From: Macrostomum hystrix
Lineage: Eukaryota > Animalia > Platyhelminthes
Direction of reading: 5' to 3'
Assembly (NCBI GenBank): GCA_950097015.1
Contig: CATNEN010000038.1
Location: forward strand, 6,882,001-6,946,000
DNA length: 64,000 bases
Made by a program: the position numbers and the translations under genes. Below, in pieces: positions 38,139-63,046 of the stretch (its first letter is position 1; each line of letters starts with the position of its first letter). The notes below the pieces were generated by a model that saw nothing but the letters and a program-made list of their open reading frames with translations, had not been told where the DNA came from and ran no database searches.

Positions 38139-39559
38139 GATGACATCATGCGCATTGCGTTGCGTAAAAGTGTGGGTCCACAGTTTCGTAACAAGTTAAA
38201 ATGACCTGATTTCGCAAAAATCTTTAAAAGAAAAAATACCAAATAGATAACTAAAAAGCCTTTTGAAACTGAATAAAAAATGCATATAAAAGTGCTATTT
38301 TGTAACGTAAAAAGTCTTGCGTCCTGCAAAAATCTTCTATGGTGACTTTTTGGAGCCGTGAAGTGTAAAAACGTGCGCATTTTTAAAGCTGCTGAACTTA
38401 CTTTTTGAGGTATATTTTGAAAATAAGCATTTTATAAATTGTATAACAAAATTTAATTGAAGAAAGAAATAAGTTGCTTCAAAATCTGAATTAAAATAAT
38501 TTTTAAATAATCAAATTGTACATTTCAGTCGTTCTGTTTCATATGGTTTCTACACGAAAATAAAATTCAAATCGACTATGTTAACATAGCATTCGAAATT
38601 TTTGTCGTACGGCAAATTTGACATAAAAATTTCAAAGCAACTTAACCAAGCAATCACTATCTAAATCTGAATTTTTTTCAAGCCTTTAATCTGTAGCTAT
38701 TATATTCGCTTTTTACTCTATATATTAGTATCCTACTACCTTATAAATACTTGTTTTACAATATATTGTGTTGTAGGGCTATTTACTAAAATCTCACAGC
38801 CGTCACCAGTTGTCGTAAAGCCCTTCTCTTTATTTTTATTCTTTATAAATTACTTATATTTATCCACTGCAAAAATGCTTATTTAAATGTCAACTTTCGT
38901 TATGTTTTAAAAATTTCCCTATTTATAGGGAAGTATAACACTTTAATATAAATTCAATTACTGTGGTAGCAAATCATAAGTGCCCGAGTGGTAAGACACT
39001 TTTACTTTTAACTGTATAGAATTATTCTTTTAATACTTATTGATCACACCCAGTCTTTAAAGGCTCCAACTGATTGGAGGGTACCAGACAAACACAACAT
39101 ATTTATTTCTATCCAAAACTGGCCTTTTGCTATCGTCTCGATAATAAACTGCCCTCCAATACGTTTTATGTATTCCCATTGTTATTTCCTCTTTATAACA
39201 ATTTTTATTCAAAGAACACATGCATTCAGCAAATCTTATTCTTGAACTTGGGTTAAGCTCCCAAAAGTTAGTTTTTCTCCCTACAGCGCGCATATATTTA
39301 TAGCAAAAATTGGGGGTGGGTGTGCATATTTAAACAAAAATTAAAGTGTAGTTAAACAATGGTGAACAACGGTAAAAATATATATTAAATTGGAAATCAG
39401 AATGATAAAATTCCTAGCCAAGTTTTCTAAGAAAGCCATAATAAGTGCTACTAATTATTAGTACTTACTCCAGTAGAAGAAATATCTGTCCTGACTCCTG
39501 ACCATTAATTAAACAAACCCGGTAGTTAGTCCTCGCCGGTCGTCTACGCCGGTTCGTCA

Positions 39560-40240
39560 TATTGCACGACGGTTAGCAACACGCATATAAATAGCATTCG
39601 ATTCGAGAAATATTCGAACAATCGACAGTTTCGGAATCGCCATCGAATGACCGCACAGCAAGTTCTGCTGGAGATAGGCCTAAGCAAAGCTAGGAAATGG
39701 TAGCGTAGTATGCATAGCTAGAACATCGGTAGACACTGGCATCAGCCATTCTTTTGCATCGCTGTAAGCGAGAAAACATCCAAAGCCGAGACCAACCAGT
39801 CGTACTAAGTTTGTCTTCGGCTCTTGACTCGGTTGATCAGGAGACCAGAGCAGATTCAGATTGTTGCAAGTAAGTCCCATCAAATACACGGACTCTTTGT
39901 TCATCACGACCAGTCGGCGACTGACCACTGCGATGTCGACAACATTTTCTACTGGAATCTGAGAGCGCTCTTGAACTTCCAATGTCTCCGAAGACAGGCA
40001 CAAAAGTTTTGAGTTGCTACCGAGAACGAATATTTTGCTGGCACAGCCCATTACTCACAAAGGGTGCTCAAATTGGAGTAAGCACACAGTGTGGAGCACT
40101 GAGCCAGCCAAATCTGTCACCACTAGGTTTGAATCAAAAAACAACAAATAGAACTGCTGTTGTTTGTCGCTACAGTAACAAGACATCAGGTCAGATAGGT
40201 GTGACACTTCCCATTTGGCGATGTGGAGAGGCTCTCCGCT
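39560..40240 (-). pseudogene. Decayed coding exon, possibly beta-propeller-like
   Basis: A ~225-codon frame starting after a possible acceptor (~40239) continues through in-frame TGA (40055) and TAG (39680), with alternating short hydrophobic strands. No family recognised. Confidence 0.35.
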
Positions 40241-40617
40241 TGTAAATATATAAATATTTGTAGAAATTGATTTATTAGGCCTAGTCTAAATGTGCGCTAA
40301 TTAGACAATAAAAACAATTGAAGTATGTAGCTAAATATTTTGAAAAGCCTACTCCTAACATTTACCAAACTAGTGTTTAGCATTAAGAAAGTATATTTGC
40401 CTGTTTAAATTGCACTTTTTGTTGTTGTGATTTGGAATCACATTAACAACAATTATAACACAGCTGTTTTAATAACAAAATGAATAATAAATAATACACA
40501 AATGAAGAAAAAAATTTAAACAATCCATTTTAGATTTAAAACTATAAATGATTATAATGTTAAAGTTAGAAGCATTATATTTCTATAGGGCCTATGCTTT
40601 GTTTTTATAATAATAAT

Positions 40618-41436
40618 TGTTGTACTCGCGACTTCCCGGAGGGACGCCCCTAGGAGGGTCAGAGTACGCGGGCCCGTGCTGGCCTGCGTCAGGGCGCGAG
40701 TGTCCGCACGGGACCCTAAGTCTGGGGCATCAGGACGCACCCAAGTGGCCGGCACACGCGTCGGGACACTGTGATGTTGATCACCCTTCAGTGGGGCGTC
40801 AGGGCGCACAAGCTGGCGTCTGAGTACAGCAGGCGTACAGTACAGGGTGACCCCTGGCTGGCAACCTGGTCTAGTCCCCCTCCTTAGTCGGCGTCAGGAC
40901 ACATGGACGGTTCCCACTACAGCCCCCGAAATGAAGGAGACAAGGCAGCGACTTACTTTTGGTTCACTTGCACTCGTGCGTGTAGTCAACTTCGTGCAGC
41001 GGACTTCTGATTGCGGCTGGCAGACCGGGTGGTCGATATTTATTAGTTATTATTTGTGCGTGGGGGACGGGTTATGGAAACAGTAGTCAGGCGTTGTAGA
41101 GCGTGAACACGCGCACGGGGCAGCCACCCGCCCCCGGCCGCGCCTTTATAGGACACGGCTCACCAAGGGCCGGGGCCCCCCCCGCCCCACCCCCACCCAC
41201 CACCCCGGCCCAGCCACCCACCGGCCAATCACGGCGCAGCTGGGGGAGGGGCAGCCTGGGGCGAGGACCAAAAAGGGCGGCCCAGCCAACCAGCGCGCAG
41301 CCAACACAATGGCGGCTAAGCGGCTTACACCACTGAGCCTTTAACGCCAAAACAACAATGCCAAAAACAACTGCGAGTGCACTTGTTGCGCGGGGGGGCG
41401 AGTGCACTTGAGCAGTGCAAGCGCACGTGCACAACA
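40618..41436 (-). mobile_element. Solo LTR (819 bp), Gypsy-like
   Basis: Termini TGTTGT...ACAACA with 4-bp TSD TAAT on both sides; GC-rich block in AT-rich flanks. CCAAT box (41225, written on +), minus-strand TATAAA (41145-41150) and AATAAA (41039-41044) occur in U3-R-U5 order. Confidence 0.85.
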
Positions 41437-41734
41437 TAATATAGACAATATGATATTTAAGCCTAACTATCTTTGTTTGTTCCTTTTTAAACAGCTATAG
41501 CAGTGTAATATGACAATATAATATGGTGCCTAGAAAATGTAGTGTCCTAGTTGTGCCACTATCAGTAGGCCTAGGCCTATTTGATATCATTGGATGAGAT
41601 GCCTAAGCAACAAGATAAGCAAAGGCAAATTAGCAGATTTGTTATTGACAAAGTTAATAGTACTAGGTGTACAGGTGGATAGTAGCATGGCCAATATAGC
41701 ATTGGGGCCTAGTCAGTAAAATTAGTAAAATTTT

Positions 41735-41900
41735 ACACCACTTCACACCTCTTCAGATGCAATGCCAGGCCTACGGAGATCACGTTAGAAAACCTCTGGA
41801 CTGATCCTGTTAAGGCCGCCACCTTCCTGAGACTACCGACGAGCGAGGTAGAGTGTGAGCGTCCCGAACTAGCCTAAAGGAAGGCTACAACATACAACAC
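41735..41900 (+). mobile_element. 5'-truncated non-LTR retrotransposon 3' end
   Basis: TTSHLFRCNARPTEITLENLWTDPVKAATFLRL* resembles an RT-ORF C-terminal motif; followed by a ctacaacatacaac tail. Confidence 0.6.
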
Positions 41901-43238
41901 ATTGCTAATCCGGGCTGCATCTCGCTGCTTTTATATATTTTTTGTTAATTAAAAGTAAAGTACTTGTCTTCGTTCCTCGAACCCAGTTTCTGTTTAAGGC
42001 AGTGTTTTCACAGTGTACTCTTTGAGCACTCTTAAGTACTCGTACTCTGGTACTCTTTAAGGGCGTAGCAATAGAGTACTCTGGTATTCATTTAAAGTGC
42101 GTACTTTGAAGTGGGCGAGTACTTTTTAAAGTGCAACGCATTTCAGTCTGTCATCATCAATCCTAATTTTGTACTATATGAAAGTGTCAATAATCGCTGG
42201 TACATTAGTACATTCTCGCAACGTAAAATTAGTAGATTTATTATATGCATTTTAAAGATACGTTGCTTAGTAAATAACAGATATGTTATCAGTCCCATTA
42301 ATTATACCCTACGTACAGAAGTAACACAACATAATATATATGGTAACGTGGCTTGATGGCACTGCTAATGTGTGTGTCTGCCCATTCGTGTTGTTGCATG
42401 TACAAAACAAGTGCTGTTTGGATAAATCTTTCCTTTAATTATGTTTTACGTTTTTTGACAGATGGGCATAGATAGATAGGTAGATAGATCTCATACTGTC
42501 TCTCTCACTCTCCGATTCTCCGCGCTCCCTCCCGCTGTTTTAATTTTGTTTATTTTGTTCCCTAATAAAAACATAAATTCACCCTCTCCCTCCATATGTG
42601 GGTCCCACATTCGGCTGTCAGTCAGTCAAGGAGATATTAGCGCTCATCAAGATTTTGATACAGGAGTCAATGATGCAGTAGTCTGCTCTATTAAAGTGCT
42701 TCAGTGAGTATCCTCAGTACAAAGGCCGCTAAGTTTTGGAATATTTATTAAGTTTTTTGTTCATTTTATTGGGTGACATGATCAGAAGTAAAAAATAATT
42801 TCGAAATATTGAGCAATTAATGCACTTCGACCTGCTAAGGTGGCACACCTTCAATCTAGTTACGGTACTATGCATATTATGAGACCTAAACTGCTCTAAA
42901 ACGCATGGAAAGGAAAAATACAATAATAGAATTATTGCACATGCAACACTCGACCATCCAACAATTGTCTTTTTTTCTCACTCTGCAATAGTCTAAACAG
43001 ATCGAATTAGCCTAGTGTACATCTCTCGCCGTAGAGAAATGTTTTAAAACCATTTCTACCCTTTGCTGTCTTTTTCTTACCCAACTCCAAAGGGCAGCAA
43101 TTGCACTTGGTTAACTGCACTCTTAAACAGTTTGTATAGAGAAGGCAGGCAGCCAGGTCTGGTGCCAGGACTATTGCGCGCTGCAATTCAATTATTAGTT
43201 GAAGTCAGCAGCTGCACTCAACAAACAGCCGTCGGATC

Positions 43239-43980
43239 ATGTCTGCGGCGGAGCACCTCACCGAGGAAGAGCTGGCTCTGTACAAGGCCACCTTCGGCAT
43301 CTTCGACAGAGACAACGACGGCTCCATCACAGCCGACGAGTTGGGCTCCGTGATGCGCTCTCTTGGCCAGCAACCGTCCGATGCCGAGATCAAGGTTGGC
43401 CTCTGATTACAGGGATTCAGGGTTTAGGGACACCAGATGCAGGGTTTAGGGACGGAAGATGCAGGGATTTAGGGACACCAGATGCAGGGATTTAGGGGTG
43501 GAAGATGCAGTGATTTAGGGACGGAAGATGCAGGGATTTAGCGGTGGAAGATGCAGGATTTTGGGACACAAGATGCAGGGATTTAGGGACACAAGATGCA
43601 GGGATTCAGGGACACAAGATGCAGGGATGTAGGAACATTGCGTCACACCTGCATCGCAGGAGATGATCAACGAGGTGGACGAAGACGGCAATGGCAGTGT
43701 GGACCTGTCGGAGTTCCTGACGCTGATGCTGCGCAAGACCAGCGAAGCCGATGCCGAGGAAGAGATCAGAGAGACATTTTCAGTGTTCGACCGCGACAAG
43801 GACGGCATGCTGTCGGCCAGCGAACTGCGTCAAGTGATGGCCTGCTTGGGCGACGAGGTGACGCTGGCCGAGGCCGAGGAGATGCTGCGAGCGGCCAAGG
43901 AGGCATCGAGCTCCGAGCCGCTACTCATCAGCTTCGAAGAGTTTCGAGACCTGGCCCTCGACAAGAAGCCGTCGAAATGA
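43239..43980 (+). CDS. Calmodulin-like protein (158 aa), 2 exons, EF4 degenerate
   Basis: Exons 43239-43394 (MSAAEHLTEEELALYKATFGIFDRDNDGSITADELGSVMRSLGQQPSDAEIK) and 43660-43980; intron at the same position as in CaM; loops 1-3 intact, loop 4 replaced by AAKEASSSEPLLISFEE. Confidence 0.92.
43410..43635. repeat. Intronic ~22-bp minisatellite (agatgcagggatttagggacac)
   Basis: Directly visible in the CaM-like intron. Confidence 0.85.
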
Positions 43981-44169
43981 ACATGCTTAATTAATGCTAC
44001 TTTGATGTAAAACAGACTCATAGCTTGTGGTCTGCAGATATGATTGCAAGGGTAAATTACTGTATCCGCTGTAATAAACTTCCATTAATCTATTCGGCCA
44101 TTACTCTTAAAACGCTTTAAACTTTTGAGCAATCATTTTTCTGGCGAATAAGTTCAGGGTACCTGAAAA

Positions 44170-44830
44170 ACTGAGGAGACTGAATGTTTCAACCTGAGGT
44201 TCTGAGTAGACTGAATGTTTCAACCTGAGGCTCTGAGTAGACTGAATATTTCAACCTGAGTCTCTGAGTAGACTGACTATTTCAACCTGAGATTCTGAGT
44301 AAACTGAATATTTCAACCTGAGTCTCTGAGTAGACTATTTCAACCTGAGATTCTGAGTAGACTGAATGTTTCAACCTGAGATTCTGAGTAGACTGAATGT
44401 TTCAACCTGAGTCTCTGAGTAGACTGAATATTTCAACCTGAGATTCTGAGTAGACTGAATGTTTCAACCTGAGGCTCTGAGTAGACTGAATAGTTCAACC
44501 TGAGGCTCTGAGGAGACTGAATGTTTCAACCTGAGGCTCTGAGTAGACTGAATAGTTCAACCTGAGGCTCTGAGGAGACTAAAAATTTTTAACCTGAGAT
44601 TCTGAGTAGACTGAATATTTCAACCTGAGTCTCTGAGTAGACTGAATGTTTCAACCTGAGATTCTGAGTAGACTGAATGTTTCAACCTGAGGCTCTGAGT
44701 AGACTGAATATTTCAACCTGAGGTTCTGAGGAGACTGAATATTTTAACCTGAGGCTCTGAGTAGACTGAATATTTCAACCTGAGGTTCTGAGGAGACTGA
44801 ATATTTTAACCTGAGGCTCTGAGTAGACTT
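44170..44830. repeat. 31-bp minisatellite (gactgaatgtttcaacctgaggctctgagta)
   Basis: About 21 units. Confidence 0.95.
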
Positions 44831-45359
44831 AAGATCCCAATCAGGTCGGAAAGCCGAGGACTTTAGTGAAATATAAAAATTAAATTTTGTTTAAAAAACA
44901 AACGAAGAGTGAAAGGGACTCAAAATGTCAAAAGGCAGTTATTAGTCCAAACAATCGGACAATTGTAGAAGGCTGGCCTAAAGAAAATGCCATGTTCAGA
45001 GCTGATGATTGTGATTACCGACTAAAACAAAGAGGCAGTTACAAAGCACACAAACAAAGCGAGTAGTAAGAAAAAACTAAGAAAAGTCACTCTGATTTTT
45101 TATTATCTAAAATTGAACGCAGCTACCGGGCCGCAAAGTTTGATTGACAAACCAACTAATGAGCGCATAGACTGTGACTCATCTCAGGTGTGGGACGGCT
45201 AAAGTATAAAAAATGTTAATGAAATACGCGAATAACGGGCAAAGCGCTGAGTGAGTTAAACTAGCTACTGTAAACTGCCAGCGGAGTAAAAATATATTAT
45301 TGAGAAAAATACAATTAATAAAACACTTCCGATTAGGCTCATTAAAAGCAGTGCCTGTT

Positions 45360-48300
45360 TCATGAGAATTAGTGCCTATACTCAATGAGAACTTCTATGG
45401 AATCTATATTCCATGAGAAGTAGTGTCTATAATCTATACTCCATGAGAAGTAGTGTCTATATTCCATGAGAATTAGAATCTATATTCCACGAGAAGTAGT
45501 GTCTATATTCCATGAGAAGTAGTATCTATATTTCATGAGAAGTAGTGTCTATATTCCATTAGAAGTAGTGTCTATAATCTATATTCCATGAGAAGTAGTG
45601 TCTATATTCTATGAGAATTAGAATCTATATTCCATGAGAAGTAGTATCTATATTTCAAGAGAAGTAGTGTCTATATTCCATGAGAAGTAGTGTCTATATT
45701 CTATGAGAATTAGAATCTATATTCCATGAGAAGTAGTGTCTATATTCTATGAGAATTAGAATCTATATTCCATGAGAAGTAGTGTCTATATTCCATGAGA
45801 AGTAGTGTCTATATTCCATTAGAAGTAGTGTCTATACTCCATGAGAAGTAGTGTCTATATTCCATAAGAATTAGAATCTATATTCCACGAGAAGTAGTGT
45901 CTATATTCCACGAGAAGTAGTGTCTATATTCCATGAGAAGTAGTGTCTATATTCCATGAGAAGTAGTGTCTATATTCCATGAGAAGTAGTGTCTATATTC
46001 CATTAGAAGTAGTGTCTATATTCCATGAGAAGTAGTGTCTATATTCCATGAGAATTAGAATCTATATTCCACGAGAAGTAGTGTCTATATTCCATGAGAA
46101 GTAGTGTCTATATTCCATGAGAAGTAGTATCTATATTTCATGAGAAGTAGTGTCTATATTCCATTAGAAGTAGTGTCTATAATCTATATTCCATGAGAAG
46201 TAGTGTCTATATTCTATGAGAATTAGAATCTATATTCCATGAGAAGTAGTATCTATATTTCAAGAGAAGTAGTGTCTATATTCCATGAGAAGTAGTGTCT
46301 ATATTCTATGAGAATTAGAATCTATATTCCATGAGAAGTAGTGTCTATATTCTATGAGAATTAGAATCTATATTCCATGAGAAGTAGTGTCTATATTCCA
46401 TGAGAAGTAGTGTCTATATTCCATTAGAAGTAGTGTCTATACTCCATGAGAAGTAGTGTCTATATTCCATGAGAAGTAGTGTCTATATTCCATGAGAAGT
46501 AGTGTCTATATTCCATTAGAAGTAGTGTCTATATTCCATGAGAAGTAGTATCTATATTTCATGAGAAGTAGTGTCTATATTCCATGAGAAGTAGTGTCTA
46601 TAATCTATATTCCATGAGAAGTAGTGTCTATATTCTATGAGAATTAGAATCTATATTTCATGAGAAGTAGTGTCTATATTCCATGAGAAGTAGTGTCTAT
46701 ATTCCATGTGAAGTAGTGTCTATATTCCATGTGAAGTAGTATCTATTCCACGAGAAGTAGTGTCTATATTCCATGAGAAGTAGTGTCTATATTCCATGAG
46801 AAGTAGTGTCTATATTCCATGAGAAGTAGTGTCTATATTCCATGAGAAGTAGTGTCTATATTCCATTAGAAGTAGTGTCTATATTCCATGAGAAGTAGTA
46901 TCTATATTTCATGAGAAGTAGTGTCTATATTCCATGAGAAGTAGTGTCTATAATCTATATTCCATGAGAAGTAGTGTCTATATTCTATGAGAATTAGAAT
47001 CTATATTCCATGAGAAGTAGTGTCTATATTCCATGAGAAGTAGTGTCTATATTCCATGTGAAGTAGTGTCTATATTCCATGTGAAGTAGTATCTATTCCA
47101 CGAGAAGTAGTGTCTATATTCCATGAGAAGTAGTGTCTATATTCCATGAGAAGTAGTGTCTATATTCCATGAGAAGTAGTGTCTATATTCTATGAGAATT
47201 AGAATCTATATTCCATGAGAAGTAGTGTCTATATTCCATGAGAAGTAGTGTCTATACTCCATGAGAAGTAGTGTCTATATTCCATAAGAATTAGAATCTA
47301 TATTCCACGAGAAGTAGTGTCTATATTCCACGAGAAGTAGTGTCTATATTCCATGAGAAGTAGTGTCTATATTCCATGAGAAGTAGTGTCTATATTCCAT
47401 GAGAAGTAGTGTCTATATTCCATGAGAAGTAGTGTCTATATTCCATGAGAAGTAGTGTCTATATTCCATTAGAAGTAGTGTCTATATTCCATGAGAAGTA
47501 GTATCTATATTTCATGAGAAGTAGTGTCTATATTCCATGAGAAGTAGTGTCTATAATCTATATTCCATGAGAAGTAGTGTCTATATTCTATGAGAATTAG
47601 AATCTATATTCCATGAGAAGTAGTGTCTATATTCCATGAGAAGTAGTGTCTATATTCCATGTGAAGTAGTGTCTATATTCCATGTGAAGTAGTATCTATT
47701 CCACGAGAAGTAGTGTCTATATTCCATGAGAAGTAGTGTCTATATTCCATGAGAAGTAGTGTCTATATTCCATGAGAAGTAGTGTCTATATTCCATGTGA
47801 AGTAGTGTCTATATTCCATGTGAAGTAGTATCTATTCCACGAGAAGTAGTGTCTATATTCCATGAGAAGTAGTGTCTATATTCCATGAGAAGTAGTGTCT
47901 ATATTCCATGAGAAGTAGTGTCTATATTCCATGAGAAGTAGTGTCTATATTCCATTAGAAGTAGTGTCTATATTCCATGAGAAGTAGTATCTATATTTCA
48001 TGAGAAGTAGTGTCTATATTCCATGAGAAGTAGTGTCTATAATCTATATTCCATGAGAAGTAGTGTCTATATTCTATGAGAATTAGAATCTATATTCCAT
48101 GAGAAGTAGTGTCTATATTCCATGAGAAGTAGTGTCTATATTCCATGTGAAGTAGTGTCTATATTCCATGTGAAGTAGTATCTATTCCACGAGAAGTAGT
48201 GTCTATATTCCATGAGAAGTAGTGTCTATATTCCATGAGAAGTAGTGTCTATATTCCATGAGAAGTAGTGTCTATATTCTATGAGAATTAGAATCTATAT

Positions 48301-48810
48301 TCCATGAGAAGTAGTGTCTATATTCCATGAGAAGTAGTGTCTATACTCCATGAGAAGTAGTGTCTATATTCCATAAGAATTAGAATCTATATTCCACGAG
48401 AAGTAGTGTCTATATTCCACGAGAAGTAGTGTCTATATTCCATGAGAAGTAGTGTCTATATTCCATGAGAAGTAGTGTCTATATTCCATGAGAAGTAGTG
48501 TCTATATTCCATGAGAAGTAGTGTCTATATTCCATGAGAAGTAGTGTCTATATTCCATGAGAAGTAGTGTCTATATTCCATTAGAAGTAGTGTCTATATT
48601 CCATGAGAAGTAGTATCTATATTTCATGAGAAGTAGTGTCTATATTCCATGAGAAGTAGTGTCTATAATCTATATTCCATGAGAAGTAGTGTCTATATTC
48701 TATGAGAATTAGAATCTATATTCCATGAGAAGTAGTGTCTATATTCCATGAGAAGTAGTGTCTATATTCCATGTGAAGTAGTATCTATTCCATGAGAAGT
48801 AGTATAATTA
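45360..48810. repeat. 23-bp satellite (ccatgagaagtagtgtctatatt), ~3.4 kb
   Basis: About 150 units with recurring variant blocks. Confidence 0.97.
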
Positions 48811-49184
48811 GAAGTAGCAATAGATTTGATGCGCAGTAGAAGCAATTCCAAAAGTATCATTTCATGTTCTGGTATGTGCTATATTATAGAAAAGTTTTGG
48901 CACCGATTTGAAATCGAGTACACAATATAGCTGCTAATCGTAAAAAACAGTTGAAAGTAAATTCCCAGAACGTTAATTAAATCAGCTAAATGCAGAGTAC
49001 AGGAATTAAATTGGCCAACGGATAACGAAAGATAAAAACGGAACAAAAATTGGAGTAATTTCTAGTATTTAAGCTCCAAAAATGGACTACTTTAGACAGC
49101 AGAATTTTAATCACGCTACTAGTAATAACAATAAATAATGAAAATATGACAGTATAACAAAAACAACAAAAAGTATATCAAAAC

Positions 49185-49680
49185 TAACTGCCAAAGAAAC
49201 TGCTAAAGTAACTGACGAAGAAACTGCTAAGGAAACTGACGGAGAAACTGCTAAAGTAACTGACGAAGAAACTGCTTAAGAAACTAACAAAAAAAGCGGA
49301 CAAATAAACTGACGAAGAAACTGCTAAAAACGGACGAAGAAACTGCTAAAAAAACTGACGAAGAAACTGCTAAGAAACTTCTTAAGAAACTGCTAGAAAA
49401 CTGACGAAGAAACTGCTAAAGAAACAGACGAAGAAACTTCTTAAGAAACAGACGAAAAAACTGTTTTAGAAACAGACGAAGAAACTGCTTAAGAAACAGA
49501 CGAAGAAACTGGCAAAGAAACTGACGAAGAAACTGTTAAAGAAACTGATGAAGAAACTGACGGAGCAACTGCTAAAGAAACAGACGAAGAAACTGCTTAA
49601 GAAACTGCCAAAGAAACAGACATATGAACTGCTACAAAAAGCGGATGAAGAAACTGCCAAAGAGACTGTTAAAACACGGG
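49185..49680. repeat. Degenerate 12/24-bp A-rich repeat (gaagaaactgctaaagaaactgac)
   Basis: Visible immediately 3' of the JmjC gene stop. Confidence 0.85.
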
Positions 49681-49804
49681 TAAAGAAGCTGAAAAAGTCG
49701 CTTTTGCTAGGGTAGCCACCAAATAGCACAATTAATAAACAAACTAAAAAAACTTTAAAACGAATCGCCAGACAAACTTCTGGGGTTGGCAGCGGTGGAC
49801 TCCG

Positions 49805-60780
<10,976 letters not shown>

Positions 60781-61005
60781 CTAAAATCCAGATATTTAGA
60801 TATGCTACTAGCTTCGCTGTTGGCATGCAAACTTTGCTAGAAGTATTTCGATAGTTGTGAGTCGGCTTCGGGTACTGAAATATAGTTCAGAAATTTCGAT
60901 GCAAAACTACTAAACGCACAATTAGTGCAGACTTATTGCTACACGGGACTTGCAAATATTGGTCATGGGTGCATGTACATATGCTGGATCAGACAGCGTG
61001 ATTAT

Positions 61006-61552
61006 GAATCGGACAGGGGAGTGTATGTACATGGTGTGGATCGGACAGGGGAGTGTATGTACATGGTGTGGATAGGACAGGGGAGTGTATGTACATGGTG
61101 TGGATCGGACAGGGGAGTGTATGTACATGGTGTGGATCGGACAGGGGAGTGTATGTACATGGTGTGGATCGGACAGGGGAGTGTATGTACATGGTGTGGA
61201 TCGGACAGGGGAGTGTATGTACATGGTGTGGATCGGACAGGGGAGTGTATGTACATGGTGTGTGTACATGGTGTGGATCGGACAGGGGAGTGTGTGTACA
61301 AGGTGTGGATCGGACAGGGGAGTGTATGTACATGGTGTGGATCGGACAGGGGAGTGTATGTACATGGTGTGGATCGGACAGGGGAGTGTATGTACATGGT
61401 GTGTGTACATGGTGTGGATCGGACAGGGGAGTGTATGTACATGGTGCGGATCGGACAGGGGAGTGTATGTACATGGTGTGGATCGGACAGGGGAGTGTAT
61501 GTACATGGTGCGGATCGGACAGGGGAGTGTATGTACATGGTGTGGATCGGAA
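61006..61552. repeat. 32-bp minisatellite (ggatcggacaggggagtgtatgtacatggtgt)
   Basis: Directly visible. Confidence 0.95.
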
Positions 61553-62059
61553 AACAAGATAGTGTGCTATACCACACAGTTACCTATCTCGACTGTAAAA
61601 AAGAGTAAAAGTTAATAGCTAAAGAGACTAGGGTTGCAGCGCAATTGGAAGACTGCGGAATAAAAATATAATTCAGCATTGCAGCACGTGAACACAATTA
61701 CATTATACACACCAGAATGTAGCGAATGAGGGTACACAAAACTTACGAAAAATGATCAAGTTGAAAGTGCATGTGGCGAAAGAACAAAAATGGTCCGCAA
61801 CAATAAATCGGAAGCTGTTAGTCGTTGATATTCAGGTGCGAATTAGTTAAATCGGAAAATTTTGTTGATAAATTCCAATGTAAACATCCGACAAAATAAT
61901 GGTCACAGCCAATTGCAGTAAATTATTAGAATTTTAAGAACAGCAAAATACTTACGTACGTAAAACTAAGGCGATACACAAGGCTTGTGATTATTAAACA
62001 CGACAACTAGGGTGCTATGAATGAGTCACTGTGACTCACTTTTGGAGTCACATACATTG

Positions 62060-63046
62060 TTCTGATTCCAGAATGCCATTCTCAAGGTCACAGTGAGTGA
62101 CTGATGGGACTGGGTTCTGATTCCAGAATGCCGTTCTCAAGGTCACGGTGAGTGACTGATGGGACTGGGTTCTGATTCCAGAATGCCGTTCTCAAGGTCA
62201 CGGTGGGTGACTGATGGGACTGGGTTCTGATTCCAGCATGCCGTTCTCAAGGTCACGGTGAGTCACTGATGGGACTGGGTTCTGATTCCAGAATTCCATT
62301 CTCAAGGTCACGGTGAGTGACTGATGGGACTGGGTTCTGATTCCAGAATGCCGTTCTCAAGGTCACGGTGAGTGACTGATGGGACTGGGTTCTGATTCCA
62401 GAATGCCGTTCTCAAGGTCACGGTGGGTGACTGATGGGACTGGGTTCTGATTCCAGCATGCCGTTCTCAAGGTCACGGTGAGTCACTGATGGGACTGGGT
62501 TCTGATTCCAGCATGCCATTCTCAAGGTCACGGTGAGTCACAGATGGGACTGGGTTCTGATTCCAGAATGTCATTCTCAAGGTCACGGTGAGTCACTGAT
62601 GGGACCGGGTTCTGATTCCAGAATTCCATTCTCAAGGTCACGGTGAGTCACTGATGGGACTGGGTTCTGGTTCCAGAATGCCATTCTCAAGGTCACGGTG
62701 AGTCACTGATGGGACTGGGTTCTGGTTCCAGAATGCCATTCTCAAGGTCACGGTGAGTCACTGATGGGACTGGGTTCTGATTCCAGAATGCCATTCTCAA
62801 GGTCACGGTGAGTCACTGATGGGACTGGGTACTGATTCCAGCATGCCATTCTCAAGGTCACGGTGAGTCACTGACGGGACTGGGTTCTGATTCCAGAATT
62901 CCATTCTCAAGGTCACGGTGAGTCACTGACGGGACTGGGTTCTGATTCCAGAATGCCATTCTCAAGGTCACGGTGAGTCACTGACGGGACTGGGTGTGAT
63001 TCCAGAATGCCATTCTCAAGGTCACGGTGAGTCACTGATGGGACTC
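62060..63046. repeat. 55-bp minisatellite (~18 units)
   Basis: ttctgattccagaatgccattctcaaggtcacggtgagtcactgatgggactggg. Confidence 0.96.

Noticed and set aside
40055-40057. In-frame TGA as selenocysteine
   Set aside because: The same frame also has an in-frame TAG and no SECIS was recognised; a pseudogene is the simpler explanation.
61740-61930. Candidate PHD-finger exon for the JmjC gene (IGCDHYFVGCLHW)
   Set aside because: Cys/His spacing does not fit C4HC3, the frame hits a stop, and there is no convincing splice path.
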